DNA of 64,000 nucleotides from Desulfobacterales bacterium. Its GTDB lineage: Bacteria > Desulfobacterota > Desulfobacteria > Desulfobacterales > UBA2174. Made by a program: the position numbers and the translations under genes. Shown piece after piece: positions 57,940-64,000 of this stretch. Under the pieces are notes generated by a model. That model was not told the DNA's origin. It saw only the letters and a program-made list of their open reading frames with translations, and searched no databases. Each line of letters begins with the position of its first letter. Position 1 is the first letter of the stretch. Location: contig CAXXWC010000003.1 of the NCBI GenBank assembly GCA_963668645.2, forward strand, positions 32,001 to 96,000, read 5' to 3'.

Positions 57940-60123
57940 TTAAAAACTGTTCCCCTCCATTACCGATCTTTGGTTCGGGTTACAATCCGAAGAAGCCCTT
58001 GGCAAATACTTTCTGACGATATCGATCAGGTCGTAGGCGCCCAGCGGCTTTTTGACAAAGGTGCGCATCCCGGCCGCCGACACGTCCTCTGCCGACAGCC
58101 CCGGACTGTAGCCCGAACACAGCACGATGGATACATCCGGACGGATCGCCAGCATCTTGGAGGCCAGCTCCATCCCCGTGATCTGCGGCATCACCTGGTC
58201 GGTGATCACCAGATCGTAGCGCCCGGGATCGCTACGGAATATCGCCAGGGCCTCGAATCCGCTGGTGCTCACCTTCACCTCGCAGCCCAACTCACTCAAA
58301 ATATCCCGGACAAAATCGGTCTGGTCCTGATCGTCGTCCACGAACAGCACCGCTCCGCGCAGCAGCGGACCGGCAGCCGCCTGCTTCTCGATCCTGGCAA
58401 TATCCCCGCTATAGCGCGGCAGGTACACCTCGAACACGCTGCCCGCACCCAGCCGCGTCTCAACCCGGATCGTGCCCCCCAGGTCCTTGACGATCCCGTG
58501 AACCACCGAAAGCCCCATCCCCGTGCCCGCCCCGGCCTTCTTGGTCGTGTAAAACGGCTCGAAAACATGTTCCAGCGTCTCGGGCGTCATCCCGCAGCCC
58601 GTGTCGCTCACCCGGATCAGAATGTACGGACCGGACCCCGGCTCCAAAATCCGGTAACCCCCGGCCGGCACCGCCCCGGTCTCCGAAAGCCCCACCTCCA
58701 GCCGCCCCCCCTTGGCTCCCATCGCCTGGACCGCGTTGGCCGCCAGGTTCATCAGCAGCTGATGAATATGGGTCGGATCGGCATACACCGCATCGGCACC
58801 GCAACTGTTCGTCTTGACGATCTCGATGGTGCTCGGAATCCCCGCCCTTAAAAAATCGAGCGTCTCGCGCACGATCGGATTGATGAACACCGGCAGTTTC
58901 TCCTGCTCGCTGCGCCGGCAGAAGGTCAGAATCTGGCGCACCAGTCCCTTGCCCCGGTACGCCGCATTGAGGATGTGCGTCAGCCGCTTTTCGCTGCGAC
59001 TGCCGGTTTGTGTGTCGAACATCTCCATCATCTCGGCATAGCCGATGATCGTGCCCAGCGTGTTGTTGAAATCGTGGGCAATGCCGCCGGCAAACGTGCC
59101 CAGCGCCTCCATCTTCTGCGTCTGCAACAGCCGGTGTTCCATCTTCCGGCGTTCGCACAGCTCGCCTTCAAGCTGACGCGTGCGCTGCGATACCTGGCGC
59201 TTCAACACCCGGTTCCACAAAAAGACGAACCCTCCCGAAACGAAAACCAGAATGCCGATGGTGGATAGAACATACAGAAATATACGATTGAAAAGGAAAG
59301 AGCCGTGACTCAGGCTGAACCACTTGCCGAACACGGCCCGCCGTTCCCTGAGCGTGATCTGGGCCAGGGCCTTATCCAGTATCCGGTTGATCTGCGGGGC
59401 ATTGGCGTTGGTGGCGAAGCATAGCTGGTTCGAGGGACCGGCGGTCCCGGCCATGCGAAGGTTGGTCAGCCGGAATTTTTCGATCAGGTAATTGGCGGTC
59501 GCCAGATTGCAGATCATGGCATCGGACTGGTGCCGGGAGACTTTCTCGAGCCCTTCGATCTCGTTGCTCACCAGATCGAGAGGCAGGTCCGGGTATTTCT
59601 TCTGGATGAAATGCTGAATCGCAAAATCCTGGACGACCGAAATCTTCATTCCCGCCATCCTCTCCAGCAAAAGGTCTCCTTTGAAATCCCTTCTGGTGAT
59701 GATCGCGTGGGGAAAGTCGATATACGGGCTTGTAAAATTCAAATACGGAGTACGTTCCTCGGTATTCTGGAAGTTGCATTTGATGACGATTACCTTTTGC
59801 ATCAACTTGATGGAGTCGCTGAACACCCAACTGGCCGGGAGGGGAAGCGGTTGAAAGCGGACCCCTAGCTTGGATTCGATCAGGTCGATGAAATCGGCGG
59901 AAATCCCGTCCCAAACGCCGCCCTTGTTGAAAAACTCGAGTGGCGGGCTGGAATCGAACTGGACGACCCGAATCCGGGGCAGATTGTTTTCGAGCCAGCT
60001 CTGTTCCCCGGCGGTGAGAAAATCCGGCCTCTGCCGGCACCCCGAAAGGCAAAACGCCACCACCCCCAAAACGAACAGGCGCACCACTCGCCGGATCGTT
60101 TTATCACTGCTGGTCATCGTCAT
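57940..60123 (-). CDS. Hybrid sensor histidine kinase (periplasmic SBP domain - HisKA - HATPase - REC)
   Basis: Lipobox-like LSGC; PBP-type domain; AGGIAHDFNN; DTGCGM; FEPFYTTK; GTGMGL; DLVITDQVMP. Confidence 0.92.
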   Translation of the reverse strand: MTMTSSDKTIRRVVRLFVLGVVAFCLSGCRQRPDFLTAGEQSWLENNLPRIRVVQFDSSPPLEFFNKGGVWDGISADFIDLIESKLGVRFQPLPLPASWVFSDSIKLMQKVIVIKCNFQNTEERTPYLNFTSPYIDFPHAIITRRDFKGDLLLERMAGMKISVVQDFAIQHFIQKKYPDLPLDLVSNEIEGLEKVSRHQSDAMICNLATANYLIEKFRLTNLRMAGTAGPSNQLCFATNANAPQINRILDKALAQITLRERRAVFGKWFSLSHGSFLFNRIFLYVLSTIGILVFVSGGFVFLWNRVLKRQVSQRTRQLEGELCERRKMEHRLLQTQKMEALGTFAGGIAHDFNNTLGTIIGYAEMMEMFDTQTGSRSEKRLTHILNAAYRGKGLVRQILTFCRRSEQEKLPVFINPIVRETLDFLRAGIPSTIEIVKTNSCGADAVYADPTHIHQLLMNLAANAVQAMGAKGGRLEVGLSETGAVPAGGYRILEPGSGPYILIRVSDTGCGMTPETLEHVFEPFYTTKKAGAGTGMGLSVVHGIVKDLGGTIRVETRLGAGSVFEVYLPRYSGDIARIEKQAAAGPLLRGAVLFVDDDQDQTDFVRDILSELGCEVKVSTSGFEALAIFRSDPGRYDLVITDQVMPQITGMELASKMLAIRPDVSIVLCSGYSPGLSAEDVSAAGMRTFVKKPLGAYDLIDIVRKYLPRASSDCNPNQRSVMEGNSF
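58006..59217. repeat. Direct repeat copy 1 (~1.2 kb, kinase/receiver-coding)
   Basis: Near-identical to 61572-62786; offset 3566-3569 bp. Confidence 0.92.
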
Positions 60124-61540
60124 ACCACCCGGTCCGTGAGACGTCACACTTCTTGAGCAGGGTGTACAGTCGTGTCCGGCCCAACCCGCTGGTCCGGCAG
60201 GCATCTTTAATGTTGCCCCGGGTACTGGCCATCAATTTGCGCAGATAGGTCCTGTCCGCCGACGCCAGAACATCCTCACGGTAGCGTTTGTACGTCGGCA
60301 GCTCCCGCGACAGGGAATCATCCGTTTGATCCGTTTCGCAGGAATCCCGAATCTGACGGTTTACCGATACTTTTGTCACCTCTATGCGGATATGCCTGGG
60401 CAGGTGGTGGGGGAAAACGACTTTCTCACTCTGGGCATTGCAGATGGACTCTTCCAGCGCATTGATCAGCCCCCGGATGTTTCCCGGCCACTTATAGGAT
60501 TTCAGGGTCTCTAAAAATTCCGCCGAAAGCACCTTGGGGGCCATCTTATAACGGCTGAATATCTGCGCCGCATAGCAAGTGGCCAGCATCTCGATATCCG
60601 CCACCCGCTCGCGCAGCGCCGGAATCTGGATCGATATGCTCCTTAGCCGATACAGCAGATCCTTGCGGTAGAGCCCCCTTTCCACCATCTGTTCCAGATC
60701 GCGGTTGGTGGCGCAGATCAACCGGAAGTTGCTTTTGATCTCTTGTTTGCCGCCGATCGGGCGGAAGCTGCGCTCCTGCAAAACCCTGAGAAAAACCTTC
60801 TGCTGGTTCAGGCTCAGTTCACCGATTTCATCGAGAAACAGCGTGCCACCGTCGGCCTGCTTGACGAGCCCCTCGACATTCTGCTGGGCACCGGTAAAGG
60901 CGCCCTTTTCATAGCCGAAAAGTGAACTTTCGGTCAGACTCTCCGGCAAACTGGCGCAATCGATCACCACGAACGGCTTCGAAGCCCGCGCGCTGTTGAG
61001 GTGAAGCGCTCTCGAAAACAGCTCTTTTCCCGTCCCGGTTTCCCCGACGATCAAAACGTTGGCGTCACTACGGGCCGCCCGCTGGATGGCCCCCAGGCAT
61101 TGCCGCAACGCCGGGCTTTCACCGACGATGCCGTCGCGCCGCATCCCTTCATCGGCCATGGCGCGGGCCTTCAATTTCTTGCGATACGCCAATCCCTGAC
61201 TGATCGGCTGCATGATCCGCTGAGGCGATATCGGTTTGACGATGTAGTCCCAGGCCCCGTGCCGGATGGCCTGCTCGGCGCCTTCCGGGTCACCGGCACC
61301 GGTGATCACGACGATCTCCGGGCTGCAGTCGGCGCTACGGATGGTCTGAATGACATCCAGACCGTTTCCATCGGGCATCTTCACATCCAGCAGGACAAGA
61401 TCGAAGTTGTTGGATTCAACCGCCTTGATACCGCCTTCGAGGGTCAAGGCATATTCGGAACTGTGATTGATGCTCTCCATAAAATCGCAAAGCATCTTGC
61501 ACATGGCCTCGTCGTCGTCAATGATCAGGACATTGCCCAT
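60104..61540 (-). CDS. Sigma54-dependent response regulator (NtrC family)
   Basis: REC domain; GETGTGKE; GAFTGA; LFLDEIGEL; WPGNIR; C-terminal HTH. Confidence 0.95.
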   Translation of the reverse strand: MGNVLIIDDDEAMCKMLCDFMESINHSSEYALTLEGGIKAVESNNFDLVLLDVKMPDGNGLDVIQTIRSADCSPEIVVITGAGDPEGAEQAIRHGAWDYIVKPISPQRIMQPISQGLAYRKKLKARAMADEGMRRDGIVGESPALRQCLGAIQRAARSDANVLIVGETGTGKELFSRALHLNSARASKPFVVIDCASLPESLTESSLFGYEKGAFTGAQQNVEGLVKQADGGTLFLDEIGELSLNQQKVFLRVLQERSFRPIGGKQEIKSNFRLICATNRDLEQMVERGLYRKDLLYRLRSISIQIPALRERVADIEMLATCYAAQIFSRYKMAPKVLSAEFLETLKSYKWPGNIRGLINALEESICNAQSEKVVFPHHLPRHIRIEVTKVSVNRQIRDSCETDQTDDSLSRELPTYKRYREDVLASADRTYLRKLMASTRGNIKDACRTSGLGRTRLYTLLKKCDVSRTGWYDDDQQ

Positions 61541-63689
61541 TGCGGTTCTCCAATATATCGGGTTTTGCAAGATACTTTCTGACCGTATCGATCAGGTCGT
61601 AGGCGCCCAGCGGCTTTTTGACAAAGGTGCGCATCCCGGCCGCCGACACGTCCTCGGCCGACAGCCCCGGGCTGTAGCCCGAACACAGCACGATGGATAC
61701 ATCCGGACGGATCGCCAGCATCTTGGAGGCCAGCTCCATCCCCGTGATCTGCGGCATCACCTGGTCGGTGATCACCAGATCGTAGCGCCCGGGATCGCTG
61801 CGGAATATCGCCAGGGCCTCGAATCCGCTGCTGCTCACCCTCACCTCGTAGCCCAACTCGCCCAGGATGTCGCGCGCAAAGTCGGTCTGGTCCCGGTCGT
61901 CGTCCACGAACAGCACCGCCCCGTGGGGCATTGGCGCGGGTAACGGCGCCTTCCTTTCGCTCCCGGAGATATCGCCGGTGTAGCGCGGCAGGTACACCTC
62001 GAACACGCTGCCCGCACCCGGCCGCGTCTCGACCCGAATCGTGCCCCCCAGGTCCCTGACGATCCCGTGAACCACCGAAAGCCCCATCCCCGTGCCCGCC
62101 CCGGCCTTCTTGGTCGTGTAAAACGGCTCGAAAACATGTTCCAGCGTCTCGGGCGTCATCCCGCAGCCCGTGTCGCTCACCCGGATCAGAATGTACGGAC
62201 CGGACCTCGGCTCCAAAATCCGGTATCCCCCGGCCGGCACCGCCCCGGTCTCCGAAAGCCCCACCTCCAGCCGCCCCCCCTTGGCTCCCATCGCCTGGAC
62301 CGCGTTGGCCGCCAGGTTCATCAGCAGCTGATGAATATGGGTCGGATCGGCATACACCGCATCGGCACCGCAACTGTTCGTCTTGACAATCTCGATGGTG
62401 CTCGGAATCCCCGCCCTTAAAAAATCGAGCGTCTCGCGCACGATCGGATTGATGAATACCGGCAGCTTCTCCTGCTCACTGCGCCGGCAGAAGGTCAGAA
62501 TCTGGCGCACCAGTCCCTTGCCCCGGTACGCCGCATTGAGGATGTGCGTCAGCCGCTTTTCGCTGCGACTGCCGGTTTGTGTGTCGAACATCTCCATCAT
62601 CTCGGCATAGCCGATGATCGTGCCCAGCGTGTTGTTGAAATCGTGGGCAATGCCGCCGGCAAACGTGCCCAGCGCCTCCATCTTCTGCGTCTGCAACAGC
62701 CGGTGTTCCATCTTCCGGCGCTCGCACAGCTCGTCTTCAAGCTGACGCGTGCGCTGCGATACCCGCCGCTTCAACACGCGGTTCCAGACTACGGCAAAGG
62801 CATTTGCCGCCACCAAAATAAAACCGCAGGCTGAAAGCCAGTACCAGAATTCTTTCCTGAAGTATAAAAAATTCCGGTCCAGATGAATCCATTTATTGTG
62901 GATTTCCTGGTGTTCTTTTTCCGTAATCTGTGAAAGTCCCTTTTCAATGATTTTATACAGGGTCAACAAGTCTTTCCTGGTGGAAAAACAAAGCTGAATC
63001 GGCTTCCCGATGGTGCCGGCCATCCGTAGGTTTGTAAACCCCTCTTTTTCGATTATATACGAAGCGGTCGCCAGATTACAGATCATAACATCGGACTGGT
63101 GAAAGGCGACCTTTCGCAACCCTTCCAGATCGCTGAATACCGTATCAAGATCGATTTCAGGATGCTTGTCTTTCAAAAGCGTGTGGACATCTCCGCCGTT
63201 GACCGCGGTGACCATAAGCCCCGTCAGATCGCTGAAAGACATGTATTTCCGGGTTCCTTTTCTGACAATGATGGCATTAGGAAGCTCGATATATGGGGAA
63301 GAGAAGAAACGTTCCGGATCCCCATCGTTCGAGTTTTTAAAATCACATTTTACATTGATTTTATCAAAAATTGAATCAAACCAATTGGTTGATCCACGAG
63401 CAAACCTTCTATCAAACGCAATGCCTGTTTTTTGTTCAATCAGTGAAATGTATTCACTCGAAATTCCGATCCAATTCCCTGCCCCGTCAAAGAACCCGAT
63501 CGGAGGCGGGGCATCGCAAATCCCGATGGTGATTTTTCCACTATTTTCACTTATCCACTGCCGCTCTTCAGCGGTCAGCAGTGGCATACGACTGGGGAAA
63601 ATAAAGGATATGGTGGATAATGCACAGAGCGGCAAGACAATGCAGATAAGAACACCGAAAATAAAGGGAAGACGTTTTTTCGTTTTCAT
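61518..63689 (-). CDS. Hybrid sensor histidine kinase (periplasmic SBP domain - HisKA - HATPase - REC); start uncertain (63689 or 63746)
   Basis: Same architecture and catalytic half as 57940..60123; divergent, AT-richer sensor half. Confidence 0.9.
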   Translation of the reverse strand: MKTKKRLPFIFGVLICIVLPLCALSTISFIFPSRMPLLTAEERQWISENSGKITIGICDAPPPIGFFDGAGNWIGISSEYISLIEQKTGIAFDRRFARGSTNWFDSIFDKINVKCDFKNSNDGDPERFFSSPYIELPNAIIVRKGTRKYMSFSDLTGLMVTAVNGGDVHTLLKDKHPEIDLDTVFSDLEGLRKVAFHQSDVMICNLATASYIIEKEGFTNLRMAGTIGKPIQLCFSTRKDLLTLYKIIEKGLSQITEKEHQEIHNKWIHLDRNFLYFRKEFWYWLSACGFILVAANAFAVVWNRVLKRRVSQRTRQLEDELCERRKMEHRLLQTQKMEALGTFAGGIAHDFNNTLGTIIGYAEMMEMFDTQTGSRSEKRLTHILNAAYRGKGLVRQILTFCRRSEQEKLPVFINPIVRETLDFLRAGIPSTIEIVKTNSCGADAVYADPTHIHQLLMNLAANAVQAMGAKGGRLEVGLSETGAVPAGGYRILEPRSGPYILIRVSDTGCGMTPETLEHVFEPFYTTKKAGAGTGMGLSVVHGIVRDLGGTIRVETRPGAGSVFEVYLPRYTGDISGSERKAPLPAPMPHGAVLFVDDDRDQTDFARDILGELGYEVRVSSSGFEALAIFRSDPGRYDLVITDQVMPQITGMELASKMLAIRPDVSIVLCSGYSPGLSAEDVSAAGMRTFVKKPLGAYDLIDTVRKYLAKPDILENRNGQCPDH
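61572..62786. repeat. Direct repeat copy 2 (~1.2 kb)
   Basis: Near-identical to 58006-59217. Confidence 0.92.
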
Positions 63690-63825
63690 CGGGCAACAGC
63701 AATAATAAGTGTCGCGATTTTTAATAATTATGCCTTTACTATCCAATCACTGTCAACAGCGATTGTGCCTGCTGTCTGCTCCCTTCCCGCAATCCGAAAA
63801 AGTTTTAGGCCAGTGTAATAAGAAT

Positions 63826-63868
63826 GCACGCCATCCCCCTGAATTCGGTTTTCAGGGGGATGGCGTGC
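63826..63868. terminator. Perfect 18-bp hairpin, probable terminator of the upstream minus-strand gene
   Basis: GCACGCCATCCCCCTGAA (63826-63843) / TTCAGGGGGATGGCGTGC (63851-63868), 7-nt loop; U-tract is weak. Confidence 0.6.
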
Positions 63869-63905
63869 CGTACAAGGGACGATTGGGCACTACGATGATG
63901 CTTGG

Positions 63906-64000
63906 CTAGTACACCGGCTTGCCCCAGAGCCGGAACACCTTGAGCAGAATCAAACAGCCCAAGGCGGTGGCGGCCTCAACCCCTATCAAGGCCGCAACGC
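63906..64000 (-). CDS. 3' end of a membrane protein (partial)
   Basis: Minus-strand frame ...VAALIGVEAATALGCLILLKVFRLWGKPVY* with stop at 63906-63908. Confidence 0.5.
   Translation of the reverse strand, partial: VAALIGVEAATALGCLILLKVFRLWGKPVY

Noticed and set aside
1..64000. CRISPR array, tRNA, rRNA, integron integrase, prophage genes
   Set aside because: No regularly spaced repeats, cloverleaf or rRNA signatures, or tyrosine-recombinase/phage motifs recognised by eye.

Overview
Window from a GC-rich anaerobic bacterium; gene content and protein style suggest Desulfobacterota/Desulfobacterales (inference). (1) 1-~6.9 kb is an AT-richer accessory region. It holds an integron-type attC site between two cassette-like genes, each broken by an IS that can be fully delimited (IS66-family, 8-bp TSD; IS3-family, 3-bp TSD), plus an orphan IS66-like end. 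(2) 10.7-27.5 kb is a cobalamin-riboswitch-headed operon: two TonB-dependent receptors, a BtuF-CbiZ fusion, an exported CobN-like protein with HmuTUV-like partners, a 4Fe-4S membrane protein, a double-cubane-cluster-like protein with its ATP-dependent activase, and CbiK. (3) 27.5-37.8 kb is a minus-strand cluster joining CsgG/TPR/FlgT/TolB-like envelope proteins to an AmmeMemoRadiSam system whose components carry export signals (Tat-type radical SAM; signal-peptide Memo-AMMECR1 fusion) and a membrane-fused spermidine-synthase-like enzyme. (4) 38.5-57.9 kb is mostly housekeeping: NrdR-boxed nrdJ, CoA transferase-GNAT, frameshifted hrpB, mscS, a protease, bcp, and mgtE with a candidate Pro-rich leader peptide. 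(5) 57.9-63.7 kb has two hybrid sensor kinases sharing a ~1.2 kb near-identical DNA segment, flanking a sigma54 regulator. No rRNA, tRNA, CRISPR array or integron integrase was seen. All family calls come from motif recognition by eye, not database searches.
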